A stretch of DNA of 64,000 nt from Octopus vulgaris (Eukaryota): assembly GCA_951406725.2 (NCBI GenBank), contig OX597832.1:41044001-41108000 (forward strand). The letters are read 5' to 3'. Positions 25,011-40,200 of this stretch are shown here, in pieces. How positions within the stretch are numbered: the stretch's first letter is position 1; every line of letters starts with the position of its first letter. The position numbers were made by a program, and so were the translations under genes. The notes beneath the pieces were generated by a model. It had not been told where the DNA came from. It worked only from the letters and a program-made list of their open reading frames with translations, and did no database searches.

Positions 25011-25648
25011 TAAGGAGGTTCAATTTCTAAAGGGCCACTTCAATGGGAACCCACTGACCCCCACCTATTTTTACTGCATTTACCTTACTTCTACAATTAT
25101 TGATTAAGCTATAATCAGCATCAGCGCTTAACACATTTGAAGAAACGAGATAATGGAACATGGGCTTTAGGTATGGGTGCGAGTGAAGTATGGGTATGTG
25201 AAGACATATGTCGGGTAGCAAGTTTGGAATCAGATAATTAATACCAGGAGATACAATGAATGTGGCTAAGTCCATTATATTCCACAAGGGTAGAAGGACG
25301 CAAAGTGACCCGATAGTGGGATGGAAGGTCTCAAAGGTGCTGGCATAAGTTGAATGGTTCAACTTGGAGCTGGCTAGCAGGGAGCAGTCCAAACTCCAAG
25401 CTGTCTGCTGTGGCACAGTTTCTATGGTTGGAAGCCCTTCCTAATGCCATCTACTTAACAGAGTATGTCGGGTGCCTTTTTTATGTGCCACCGGAATGGG
25501 TGCGTTAATGCAGCACCAGCACGTTTACTGTTTAAGTGGCACCGGTACCTGAAAGGACAAGCCTGCATGTGTGGAAGACAGCGATTTTACTCAGCTTGAT
25601 GCATCTTAACTGCAGTAAATCACATCTCCCAGTCCTTTGCCATTTCTA

Positions 25649-25878
25649 CGGTGAGCTGGCAGAACCATTATCACGCCGGGCGAAATACTTAGCAGTATTT
25701 TGTCTGCCGTTACGTTCTGAGTTCAAATTCCGCCAAGGTCGACTTTGCCTTTCATCCTTTCGGAGGTCGATAAATTAAGTACCAGTTACACACTGGAGTC
25801 GATGTAATCGACTTAATTTGTTTGTCTGTCCTTGTTTGTTCCCGCTGTGTTTAGCCCCTTGTGGGTAATAAAGAAACA
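25649..25878 (+). mobile_element. SINE family B
   Basis: Colinear with 50587-50817. Confidence 0.85.
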
Positions 25879-26118
25879 TATATACACACAAAGATAAAGG
25901 AGAAATGTATAACAGGAATTGGAAAAGGTAAACAAATGGATATACAAAGATTTACTTTGTACTCATAAGGCCTCACATATACATAGAAAGAAAACCAAGA
26001 TTATGAGATGTTTGTGCTTATCTCAAAGACTTTAACAACATCAGTGAAATGAAATAGCTACTGTCTGGAATTGAAATTAGAAATGCAAACTTATTTTCCA
26101 CAGCATTTGCTCACTATT

Positions 26119-26580
26119 ATCATCATCATTTAGCGTCCGTTTTCCATGCTAGCATGGGTTGGACGGTTCAACTGGGGTCTGGGAAGCCAGAAGGCTGCAT
26201 CAGGCCCAGTCTGATCTGGCAATGTTTCTACGGCTGGATGCCCTTCCTAACGCCAACCACTCTGTGAGTGTAGTGGGTACTTTTTACGTGCCACCGGCAC
26301 GGGTGCCAGATGGGGCTGGCACACGGCCACGGACGGATGGTGCTTTTTATGTGTCACCGGCACGGAGGCCAGCTAGGGCGGCACTGGCACCTGTGCGGGT
26401 GGCACGTAAAAAGCACCCACTACACTCACGGAGTGGTTGGCGTTAGGAAGGGCATCCAGCTGTAGAAACACTGCCAGATCTGACTGGGCCTGATGCAGCC
26501 TTCCAGCTTCACAGACCCCAGTTGAACCGTCCAACCCATGCTGGCATGGAAAGCGAACGCTAAATGATGATGATGATGAT
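26119..26580. mobile_element. Two family D SINEs head-to-head (26119-26372 minus, 26378-26580 plus)
   Basis: (ATC)n at left end and (GAT)n at right end; ~180 bp of each arm are reverse complements. Confidence 0.85.
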
Positions 26581-27429
26581 ATACATGTATAGATGAATGC
26601 CTGTGTGTATATGTGGACGTATGGATGCATGCATACATGGATGGATGAATGAATGTATAAGTATACACATGTTTACATGTGTATGAGTTTGTGTAGTGTA
26701 CATGTGTAGATTAATAATTATTCTAAATATGTTTAAATTAAAAAAGCTACAGATTAAAAGCTGTTTGGACAAGATCACTTCATTAACGAGTTTGTTTGCT
26801 CTGGCTGTGTTAATCAGAATACATAAAGAAGCTGTCAAACAACTCACTCCTATCCCCCATCATATCGACACTGTACTCATTACTTTCTACCTTCCACAAA
26901 TACCTACCTGAAATATCATCTAACCGCCACCCCCGTCTTCCACCATCAGGAGTAGGAAACAAAATGACAAATTGATGCTTCATTATTCCCATATTTGGTT
27001 TTCGTATTAATATCTCCAGACAGTCAATAAATATTAACAAAGCACATCTTACGTAAAACTGAAGCAAGATTGACAGCTATATAAATACCCACCGTCATTA
27101 GAAGGACACTCACACCTGTTATATATGATAGAGTTCTTCTTGTTACTGAGCTCCTCTACCTGCACCAGTGAGTCCTGGTAGAGAAGAATTGTGATTAAAT
27201 ATGTTCTACTGATTGAGTCATACCAGAAAGGATTTTAGTTTAGCCATTTCTACAGCTGAGTGAACTGGAGCAACATAAAGTGTCTTGCTCAAGAATGCAA
27301 CACACAGCCCAGTCTGGGAATCGAACTCACAACCTCATGATTATAAGCCATGTGCCTTCACTATATACATCTAATCTGAACCATGCGCCTTCACCATATA
27401 CATGCACAAATTCACACAGAGATCCCATC

Positions 27430-29100
27430 CTTTATCACTACCAATGCAGGTAACCAGGTAACCTATGAAAACAGTCCTTTGCCATCTCCTCTGTGAGATG
27501 CAACATCTTCAGGTCAGCATGGCACTTCATTATGCAGCAATCATCCTCCATACGCATCACATACCCATACAAATGCAACCGTCTCCCTTCCACATTACAT
27601 CTGATTCCCCTTAAACCCAGTTTTTTTGGCTCGTTTTTACTCAGGCATTCATGCACACTAACATTACACATCTATCGGAACACATTTGCATTACATCTTT
27701 CTAACTTTCACAAGTCTTCTGCATTGAAACCTGGTCTCACTACTATTACAACATTGTTGTTTGAACAGAAGCATCATACAATCTGACCTTCACTCTGAGA
27801 TTCCTGGACTTTTTCCAACCACGCCTTACCTTAACTACTGTACTTGCAGAATAACTACCTGCACTGCAAATTCTATCACCTAGGCAGCAGAAATTATGAA
27901 GTACTTCTAGTGAGTCAACTGGGCATTTAAAAGAATCTATTTCTGGTCTCTCAGTGTTTGCTGTCCCAGTGCATCTACTGTACACAAAGCTGGCTTTTTC
28001 TATAAGCCTGCCTGTAATTGGTTTTAATTAAATTTACTTTGAGACCTCTTGAATCTAGGTTTTGTTTCCATGTCTGGAATATCTACTAAGTCTACTACAG
28101 ATTCAGCTATAAGATCTAAATCTTCAACACTTTGGAGATCTCATGGACACCTGGTTTTGAACTCTCCTGCAATAGCCTGCAAGATGATGAAGAATAGAAG
28201 GCTGAGGACCAAACCTTGATGTACTCCCATCTTCATGCTAAATTTATTGCTGAACTCATCACTGATTTTTATTTTACTGACTGCATCTTTGTACATAACT
28301 GGTACAGTCATAGAAACCATTCTTTTAAACAGTTTCCTTAGTAATTGCCAGATTATTGAGCATGGCATCATGTCAAAGGCTTTTTCCAACTGAATAAATG
28401 CTAAATAAAGTGGCCTACTCTTTGTGAATTATTTCTACTGTCACCTTGCCTGAAAGATGGCATTTGTGGCACCTCTTTTAAACTGAACTGCATCACATCT
28501 AAGCTAATTCTGTTCCTCATCAACTGTGCAAGGATTCTAACATTCATAGGCTGGTTCAACAATTTGATGCCTCTGTAATTTCCTTTGCTCTTATAGTGGT
28601 TTTCAATGGTATTACTATGCCAACCTTGTATTACCCTATTTATTCAAGGGACTAGCATATAACCTACCTCACCAGATAGTCTGAGCATTCCATCAATTAT
28701 CCCTGATGAACCAACACTTTTTCCTACCTTCCTATCTTTAATTGTTCTATCTACCATACTGCTGTCAACTTAAACTGACAGTCCCTTTATTGGATCAACA
28801 GGGTAATGTGATCCTCACATCGCAGAACAATGTGCAAATATCTTCCTTTCAGCTTCTCCCCTAGCTAAGCACATTACACCTTCCTTAGTTACTAGATAAT
28901 ACTCTCTGCTTCCATCTTCCTTCTGGATTGTCTCCCAATTTATATAGCTCTATCTACCGTTGTCTTCTGTCTGGCTAGGACCTTGCACTCACCACATATC
29001 TATTCTTTAGCTTTCAACAAGTTATCTTAGAAGAATTCCCAGCTGTCATCTATGCTATACAGGGGATTGGGGTTAAATTTAACAATTTCAAAGGTCTCCT
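27430..29100 (-). mobile_element. Degenerate RTE-clade LINE (reverse transcriptase pseudogene)
   Basis: Minus ORF fragments EKAFDMMPCSIIWQLLRKL, GVHQGLVLSLLFFII (RT motifs), LEVLHNFCCLGD...VRRGWKK, RRLHLYGYVMRMEDD; multiple stops/frameshifts. Related pieces near 17570-17685 (+) and 30210-30400 (-). Confidence 0.82.
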
Positions 29101-29719
29101 TTTCTCAAGAACAGCTTTATATATTAGCGAACAGTCAACGGCATCGGAGAGAATAAAGATTAAAGTTGTAGTTAAGAAAAAGTTAGCAGACATGGAGGAC
29201 TGGAAGCCATCTGAATATTGGTAAAGAGTTACTTGTATCATGATAGTTTGTGCCAGGTGTCAAAATGCAAACATCATCACTGCTGGTCAATGCTCTAATC
29301 AACATTGTAAAGGCTGTAACTGGCATGGACAGATGCAATGAAGACTACAAAGCCATGGCCAGCAGGAAGGGACACAGGAAGCATTCTGACAGCATCCATA
29401 CGCTGGAATTCATCACCACATCCTGGAATAGGCCCTTAGGCTCAATTCAGACAGCTATGTGAAGCTACTGGAGATGGTCACTGCTGGAAGGGCATATGTG
29501 TGGCAGCAGGATTCGACTCCTTGCTATACCTCTGGAAAAAGTCAGAAGTGATTGTGGAAGCTGAGGGTGGCTACTCTGAGTAAACTTATTTCTCAGCCAT
29601 AATTTAGTTGATATTTTTTTCATTTTAATTTTTTGTTTTGGGGGAGGGGTAGTACTGTGTTTTCCTTTCCATATATATAGACTTAAATTTAGCCCAAATG
29701 CCCTGTAAATCTCTCGTAT

Positions 29720-30115
29720 CAAAAAGCAAGGCCATGTAAGGGGACATGGAGTTATGTACAGGGAGGGTGTTCATGCAAAGAGTTCAGGCCATTTCTGGTC
29801 AAGAGAGACTTTGAACCAAGCGGTCGTCGGCATCTTCACTATCTCGTCCGGCAGCTTATTCCAAGGATCCGCAACCCGGACGGAGAAAGCCCCTCTCCTT
29901 CGATTGAGATGAAATTGTCGCAGATAGAGCTTTTCGGAGTGACCCCGCAGCCGACACTCTGGAGCAGGAGTGAAGAACAGCTCTTTCGAGAGGTTACATT
30001 TTCCGCTTATGATGTTGTGAGCAAGAATGAGATCACCACAGCGGCGTCATTTTTCTAGAGAATAAAAGCTGAGCATCTTCAGCCTTTCTTCATAAGACAA
30101 ATGCTTGAGACCATG
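29720..30115 (-). mobile_element. CR1-type LINE 3' end (second copy)
   Basis: Minus translation LSYEERLKML..YSLEK.RRCGDLILAHNIISG...RLRGHSEKL...FSVRVADPWNKLPDEIVKMPTTAWFKVSLDQKW. Confidence 0.85.
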
Positions 30116-33100
30116 TAAGGAGGTTCAATTTCTGAAGGGCCACTTCAATGGGAACCCACTGACCCCCACCTATTTTTACTGCATTTACCTTACTTCTACT
30201 GTTATGCGAGAAATTCTCTAAACCTATAATCAACTGCAGAGTTTTTCAACTTCCATGTCTTCCTTCTCCAGATCATTTTCTGTCCGAGTCCGGCTAGTTC
30301 TGACTCTAAAACCACCAACCCATTCTTAGGCAGGAAAGGCTTTAGCATTGACAACAGACTGCCTCTCCTATTTTCTGGTGAAAATGAAGTCTGATTTGTG
30401 TGTTCACCATATTAGTGGATATTGAGGTGAATCCAGGTAAAAAAAAAAGGCACAGCGGTTTTGTCCAGATCCCATAAATTGTGACTTTTACCAGCCACCA
30501 TAAATTAATTGTCACTCTTTTTCCTAGCCAAAATTGTGACTTTATTATCAGTCACCATTGAGGTAGCTGGTTGAAGATATATATGTGCATGCCTGTATCT
30601 ATGTATGTGTGTAAATGTTTGAAATTCCATGCTTTTCACCATTTTAGTGAAACAGTGGTGATGATGGCATTCCTTGTCAACACCATGACTTTGTGCTTTC
30701 AAAAACTACAAGGAATAAAAAAAATCCCTGACTTCCCTAACAGGTAAGGTAGTAACATCCAGCTGTAATATCCTGTCTCAATAAATTTCTGTCTAACCCA
30801 CACCAGTATGGAAAAATGGACATTAACAGCAGTGCCCCAGCATGGTCCCAGTCAAATGATTGAGGTAAAATAAAAGATTAACCCTCTAGAATTTAAACTG
30901 GTCATCATCCTTGCATATGTTCAGTCCACTGCTAGACGAATGCCTCAGTATGTTCTCTCCCCAATCAAAGTCTGATGTTTTCCTCATCCATGTTTGGGTG
31001 CCGAAGAATTTAACAAAGCCTCCATTCCAGCTTCTGCATTGTCTTCATTAACTTGATAATTATATATATTACATATATTTGTGTCTGCTACAGGCTCATC
31101 CCCTACAACCCTCTACAGCTGAGCATCCCTAATCTTGCGGGCTCAGAAGTGCTGGTGCCACATAAAAAGCACCCATACCAATGCTACATAGAAGCACCCA
31201 GTGCACTCTCGGTGCTTCAGCTGGTCAGTTTCTGTCAAACTGTCCAACCTAATCCAGTATGGAAAACGAACATTAAATGATGACGATGATAATGATTTTT
31301 GTGTGTGTGATTGATGAGTGATTTTTCAATCCTTATCATACCTGATTACAAGTGTTGAACCCCAGATTTGCAATTAGGCACTAGCATCAACTGCAGTACT
31401 GGACTAAAACTTTATCGACCCCGAAGAGAAGAAAGGCAAAGTTGACAATAGCAGGATTAGAACTCAGAATGCAAAGAGATGGAACAAATGCCACAAGGTA
31501 TTTTTTCCGATATCCTAATGATTCTGTCAGCTCACCACTTTAAGCCAGAACAAATAATGCACAACATTTCGTCCAATGTTCCATCAGTTGTTTCATTAAC
31601 TCAGCTCACCTGTCGTGTGTATGTATGTGCACACACACATTCGTTCAGTTTGTCAAAAGCCTTTCAGGAATTAGGGAGAGGTATGTATTTTTTTGAAATA
31701 TTATTGAACGGAAATAAAAATGTATAAAACATTGGCTTTATTGATTCCTAAAGAGAAAGATGAGACTATGTCGGTTGCAACTTCATGTTCCCAGAATAGT
31801 TTATCTGCTATAGTTTTAGTCACACCAATAAGAAACTCATCAAATATGATCAGTGGGTTTTAATAAAGTTCCCACTTTACCTTTAGTTTTGTTTCTGTAA
31901 ACGTTCAGCCTAAGAATCAGCCACATCAATCTCATGTCTGGACAGCCTCAAGGGTCCACAGACAAAGCTCCACTTTCTCTAACTTAAACAAAAAACAGCT
32001 TTTCAATTGACCCCCATAGTTGAGTAACACCCATTTTAATTGCACAAACATTACATGGAAATAGTGGCATTCAAATACTTGTCAGGTAACATTTCAGGAC
32101 TAAACCTACCTGCTATACAGAGCATCGTGAACCCTTCTTAGCCAACCCAAATGATCCTTCAAAACAATTCACTTTTGGAATATCCAATCTCCAGTCCTCT
32201 AAGGGTGTTCATTCCATTCATCAACTGCTGTCTCACTGGCATCACAAAAATAAGTATCAATCATACACTAAAGAATTATTTCAATTATATCTTTCCCTGA
32301 TGTTAAAAAAAAAATGTTTCACATGGTCATTACATCTGTATGAGTTTGACTGGGTTAACAAGAATTGTGTCTTGTGGGGAGAAAACAATAGTTGAACTTA
32401 GCCCAATACCTACCCTAATCACATCTAATTAAGAGCTGAATTTTTAAATAGCTGTCTCTCGAAGTATAATAGGAAAAGAGCATTTTTGTTCCTTTTATTT
32501 TTACATTCTGACCCTTCTCCCACTCCTTTTTCCTTGAGACATGGGATTTCGATGGACAGCTATACTAAAACTAAGCATAGTTAACTATGGGACTAATACA
32601 CATGGGGGCAGCTTGAATGCCGCAATATTTCATTTCACTCTACTAAAAATCAGATACATTACAGACGAGAAATTAAGTGAAATGGCACACGAGCGGTGCA
32701 GACAAGCTATGGAAGGTCACAGTGATCCGAGTACCTGATCAAGACTCGAACCCTGCTTCATCGACATAAAGGGTCTCAAAAAAAAAAAAAAAAAGAGGAA
32801 GAAAGAAAAGGCATGAGCATCACATAATTACCCGCAATAATAAACATGAGAAGACGTAATATCATTTCCCCCCCTTCACGTGCAATAAATTGATTTCTTA
32901 CATGCGAGAACTTTTTATTGATATTCATGTTGGAAATTTTCATATATATTTATTTTTAAAATGGTCTGAGAGTGCCTCAGATTTACAAGTTCGACGAATG
33001 GGTGTTGTGATATTCATGCCTTTGCCAAGGACGACAGCGAAATAGAGTTAACCTTGAAATAAACGGTTTAGGTTGAGTGTTAGAGACGGTTTGCATTGAA

Positions 33101-33483
33101 AAAAACTGTTTGAGTTAAGTATTACAAACAAAGAATAAGTGCAACAACTAATGTTTAACATGCATAGTATCATATTGATATTAAATAGAGAAGTACAGCG
33201 CTAAATAATAAAGAAAAGAGACATATTTACTTCTCGGAGATGAAATTTCAGTCACACAGGCAACCATGTTTGTAACACGTGATGACGCGCACAAGTTATA
33301 ATTTTTAATTAAATATAAGTTTTTGTAAATAAACACGGCATTTAACTAAATAATTACTAACAACAAATAATTGCAAAATAATAATGGTTATGTTGTCGTA
33401 AAAAAAATAATAAATTAATTATGAGTCTCGTTTATTTGTGATTCTCGTTCTAAAAAAAAAAAAAGACCGTTACTCCCGCCCAG

Positions 33484-33490
33484 TATAAAA
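33484..33490 (+). promoter_or_regulatory. TATA box of beta-tubulin promoter
   Basis: TATAAAA(GG) ~95 nt upstream of the ATG, next to a GC-box-like ctcccgccca; E-box CACGTG (33276) and half-CRE TGACG (33283) further upstream. Confidence 0.7.
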
Positions 33491-33555
33491 GGCGTGGTTT
33501 GCTGAGCTATTTTCAAATCTTCGTTGCGGCTTCAGCAAGTAAGACGTGTTTGTAA

Positions 33556-35308
<1,753 letters not shown>

Positions 35309-35434
35309 TAACTTTAATCTCGAACTGTCTATTTCTAATTCTGTCTTTCCAGTCTGGCTGCTTTCAGACCCCTTTGGGTGGGTGGGGTGAATGAGAGACT
35401 TTTTAAAAAAAATGTGAACGTCTGTTGTAAATGG

Positions 35435-35440
35435 AATAAA
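35435..35440 (+). terminator. Proximal polyadenylation signal of beta-tubulin (alternatives near 35656 and 35710)
   Basis: AATAAA ~127 nt after the stop, followed by T/GT-rich sequence (ctttttgtgactgtg); further AATAAA copies downstream. Confidence 0.55.
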
Positions 35441-36124
35441 GGATCGATACTAATACATTCTTTTTGTGACTGTGAACTCTGCTTGTGTCAGTTGAGTCTT
35501 TTTTGTATCTTGGCCTCCTTTGTGAGGCCAAACTGTCTAATTGTGTCAGCATTTGGGCTGGAAAATGTGTCTTAGTGTTGCTTCCTCGCAGCAGCAAACC
35601 TCGACACTCGATTTTTTAGATTCTGTTCGAGTAAAAGAAACGAAAAACAAAAAAGAATAAAATCTCGCTAATATTAAATTTTTTAAAATATTAGTTTGTA
35701 TTGGTTTAAAATAAATGGTTGCTGTTTGTAACTTTCGTACACCTATTCTTTGGCTTTAGTATTTTTAATTTTATTTTAAGGCCAGCTACCGAATTTTGGT
35801 GAGTTTGATTTCTTTTACATGTCTGCATTCTATTGTATGATTTTTGCATTGCAGTTCTGTTGGGGAGGGAGGGCGCACCTTGGCGAAATTAGAACCTGCA
35901 ATCGTGTCCCGCGAAATAATTATATGTACACTGCGTACTTGTTTAAAGAATTTGTTGCAGTAGTATGTTTTTGTGTCGAATCTTTGGCCAGTTTTAGTGC
36001 ATTTACCCTTTCTTTGTTCTGGGGGTTGGATTCCATTTGTGATATTTTGCCATGTACGTACGTCAAATTAATTTCTTCGAGGTGCTGTAATTTGACGTTT
36101 GCATTTATGGATTATACACGCCAG

Positions 36125-36190
36125 CAGCGAGGAGGTTCTTAGCTATCATGGAATTAACAGCGAGGAGGTTCTTGGCTATCATGGAATTAA
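36125..36190. repeat. 33-bp tandem duplication (2 copies, 1 mismatch)
   Basis: cagcgaggaggttctt(a/g)gctatcatggaattaa at 36125-36157 and 36158-36190. Confidence 0.95.
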
Positions 36191-38024
36191 ATTTCTACAG
36201 AAAAATGTTACCGGTCGGATGCGTTGCTGTCTAGAATGTTAACTCGGCGTAGTTACATTTCTATGGCATCCAATCCTACAGGGACATTGTCAATTTGGCT
36301 GTTCATATTTTAGATTTTGTTCTGAGATCTTTGATTCTATTTCACACAATCTAATCTGATGTTTTAAGTTTTTACCATCCTCTACTCTCCGAGGCTTTTT
36401 CGAGAAGGTCGCGGCCTTACGATGTCGGTTTCGCTAGAATTGGGTGTGCCGATCGATGTAGTTTACTGCGCGACTGGGAGAGACTATGTATCTCGAAAAG
36501 TTCACTATTTTCTCACTGATATTATAGTCTCCACCTCCTCGTAGAGAAACAGCTTGGTCTTATCAGCAATCGGGTTTTCCTTCTTTGGTAATTGACGTTT
36601 CGTCTGTGGGCGCAAAGGAAAAAAAAAATTTGCTAGTCCTATTAAATGGTTGTACAATTGTATCGAATTTCAACGGTATTTGCGCTGCTTGAATGAAGAC
36701 CGATGGGTCGCATTGTGTGAATTCGTTTTTCCTAGGTAATTGCGATGGCGAAGACTAGAACATAGCCTGCATGCTTTCCCCCTTTAATTACAGCCCTTAG
36801 AACATGGTGCATCTTATTCCTAGGTTGAGTCAGGCACAGGTACCCTTCAAAGAGAAAAAGGATTGTATGGCGAAAAAATTCGTGGTGTTTAGGCGTGTCG
36901 CTCAGGAATTCGCGCGTGACAGGGCAGTACTTTGAGATGGCTGCTATTTCAAGCAGAGGAAGTGACCACTTTTCAGTTGTGGTTACAAATTTTGCGGAAC
37001 TTCGGTTGTGGTATTGGTCATTTAAAGATAGGAAGACAATTTGTCAGCTGTTACAAGGTGCCGAAAACGTCATTAATACATGGATGTGTGGTGTCGCCTT
37101 TGTTGTGGAACTGCCTCGGATATTTTGAACATCAGATTCGGAATTTGCAAAGAATCTTTTTGGTAATGTAAGCAAAAGTCCGGAATTATGGTCTAAGCAC
37201 GTGCTGAAGCCCATCAACTTCGTTTTTTCTTTTTTAAACCTCTCTTCTCGCTCGTTTCCCGTAAAATAGTGTACATTAATTTACATTAAATTATTTAAGG
37301 CAAACGAGTGAAACAAATTCTTTTCACGTTCTTTTTAAATCTTTATCTTTAATTTTGATTTGCCTATGCTCGTAAATTCGCTAAGATATCTTAAAGTAAA
37401 TAAAATCAAAGATGGAGGGGGGGGTAAAAAGATTTTGCGTATCTGCAGCACCTAAAATAGGAATCTGAGAGAAAAAATGCATTTTTCAGGGAGTTGCGAA
37501 ACTGCATCAGCCCCAAAACTAATTCATTATGAAAATCTAAGGGAGTTTTAGGAAATTCACGCTAATATCTTTATATACAGAAAAAAAAACTTGCACATCG
37601 GTTACGACAATCACAAGTATCCAAAACTTCATCTTTTTTTCCCTTTCAGAGAGGCTTTTGTCTACTTGGACTACGTCGCACCACTGTACGGCTGTCTACC
37701 AATTATGATAGACATGTAAAGTCTAGGATTGTTAGTACTTTTCCTTAAATTGCGAAGAGAAACGAATGGTAGATTCGGACGGTCCGTATTTTAAAAGCAT
37801 TTTTTTTTCTCCATAATTGTATTAATTCCTTTATGCAGAACGCAGTCGAAAGAATTCGTAGAAAAAGTTTTAGCATGTGCTTACATAATTTCGTTAGAAA
37901 TTTATTGCCTCTCAGGCGCGCGCACACACACACACAAGACATTTCCGTCTTTGACAGATTCCGAATATTCAGGAAACGTTCAAAATTTTTAATTCAATAA
38001 ATAGTTGTGTATAGAGATATGGGT

Positions 38025-38155
38025 ACTACTAGTGAACAGTGGTCCCCGGTGCGTGCTGGCTAGTCGTAAGTAGTCGATCCTACAACGACTACCTAGCAAA
38101 GTAAATAAAGTAGCTGGCACGGATGCGCGCACCGGGACCACTGTTCTCAAGTAGT
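38025..38155. repeat. Foldback / MITE-like inverted repeat
   Basis: actactagtgaacagtggtccccggtgcgtgc pairs with gcgcgcaccgggaccactgttctcaagtagt; nested inner hairpin. Confidence 0.8.
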
Positions 38156-38449
38156 GTCGAGATATGAAAAAACGGATGGGGATAAATGGCCTGAAAAAGT
38201 TTTACGATTATTTAAGGCAAACGCAAGTAAATTATTTTCATTTTAATGTTTTTGTCGATATTTAATTTCGATTTGTATGTATTCAACTCACTGCAATCTC
38301 TTCAAAGTAAACAAAATTAAAATTTTAAATTGGGGGGGGGTGAGATCTAAAGGTTTTCCTCGCAAATTACGAACTTTCAATATATTGATGTGAATTTACG
38401 CTAAAGCCAGCCGGTATCAATGTTTTACAAAGACCTGATGGATGTATTA

Positions 38450-40200
38450 CCTCACTTCAGTAACTTTTGGCTGGTGAAAGAGGCTGTCCGCCGACCCTTC
38501 GAAAGGGCAGGAGTGAGTATATGTAAAGGATATTGGGAGTGGACGCTAGTCTAATGTGCAGAAGATGGGCCTTCGCTAGTGATAGCGTAGCGAGCTTGAC
38601 GCTGTTGACTGTGGCTGTGATGTCATTCTGTCTTTAGGTGATACTAGTATGACATCAGTCGGTGAGTGTCTGACATTTAAGATTTAGTGTGAAGTTCTAG
38701 GTTACCCGTAGTCTTATGATAGGAAGAATTAGAATATTGTCTCTGGAGATGTCAAAAAATAGATCGATCTGTAGTGAATATAACTTGGGACACTGTTGGG
38801 TCAGCATGCACTGGAGTGATGCAGTCTAATTGCAAGTCGCTATTAAAAGACAAGTGAAGGCTTGTAGTCAAGCTGTTTTTGACGGGAGACTTCCATGCAA
38901 GATTCAGGTGAAAACTTTAAGGGTAGCAGCTCATGATTTTTTTTTTTTTAAACAACTTTCTCTTGGGCAAGACCCCGATGGCTAACGACATGGAATTATG
39001 GTAGTCTAAAGGGTGGGGGAGGTTAATGTACTGGGAAAAGTGTAAAGAGCTATCACCTTGAGATGTTATTTGGGAATGGGGCATAGTAATGCATTCCTTA
39101 AGGACATAGAGAGGTTGAGTTTGATGAAAAAAGGGGCATAGTGTTCGAGGAGGCTTTGCCAGTTTCAGTGGCCTTGTGCCTAAAGGTGCTTTCACACTAA
39201 GGAATAGTTTTGGAGGAATTTTTACATAGTGTGGAATAGAATAATTATGTAGAAATTCTGCAGGTGTACTGCACACAGAATCGCTATAATTAAGAAGTGA
39301 GGGGAAGGGTTATTCTAAATTGTTGGATATTTTGGCAAGAGTAAGATAAAAATAGGAGGTTTAAAGGGTGCACTCCATAATTCAGGTGATGTCCCACAAG
39401 AATTGTGGTATTAGGTAGAAACCAATATCCCAGGAATGAGTGATTTTCTCAAAGCATGTTCATTACCTGAAGTTCAGATAGCTAGGAGTGAACTACTGAA
39501 AGACTAGGTTTGTGTAGGAGAAATGCAGAGGGATAGTTTCGGTCACCTAATTCTAATAGGTCAAGGGTGAAGCCCATGTCGGTAGGAATGGTTAACCATA
39601 AAATTGGCAGAGTTCCAGCCAGTTAGCTGACTTGAAATATCAGTCTGGTATGCATTGTGGATGTATGGAGGATATAATATGTCAGTGACAAGGTGGCCCA
39701 ATAGACTGATGCTTAGGGAAAAGTTGACTTCCAAGGTAAGAAAGGGATCAGGGGGAGTGTGTGTTGGTGTAGAAGCTTTCTACATTTAATATGTAAGAGG
39801 CAAGAGTTGAAATCTGAGAACAATGATTTTGGAGAAAGATAAAGTGAGACATCCTCAAAGCAAAAAGAGAAATGGTTGGGAAGTGGGGCTGAGGAGGTGA
39901 CAAAGTGTTAAATTTACATAAATGTAGATACTGTTCTTTGCAGAGAATTTGAATTAAGAATATAACCTGGACAGCAGACACGAATTCTAGGTAAGTGACT
40001 GAGGTTTGTGTCTTGGAGAGAAATAGGATGTGTGGTTTACATGTTTAATATGAGGACTACAAGGAGTATCAATAGTGAATTGATTTGATCTAAGGATAAC
40101 TGATACTGTTATCAACCGAAAGAGAAAGAAAAAACCTAACCTGGCAGATTTTGAACCAAGGCTGTAACTAAACACCACAAAGCATTTGATCTTTGGTTCA
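38450..40200 (-). mobile_element. Old, heavily degraded LINE (CR1/Jockey group) relic
   Basis: Purine-skewed plus strand, no intact ORF; minus strand yields YFKSANWLELCQF near 39610-39645, resembling the post-endonuclease 'F..A.W..L' motif. Weak. Confidence 0.4.

Noticed and set aside
33251-33264. gtcacacaggcaac as an RFX X-box
   Set aside because: Only the 3' half fits, and the tail lacks the axonemal motif; likely chance.
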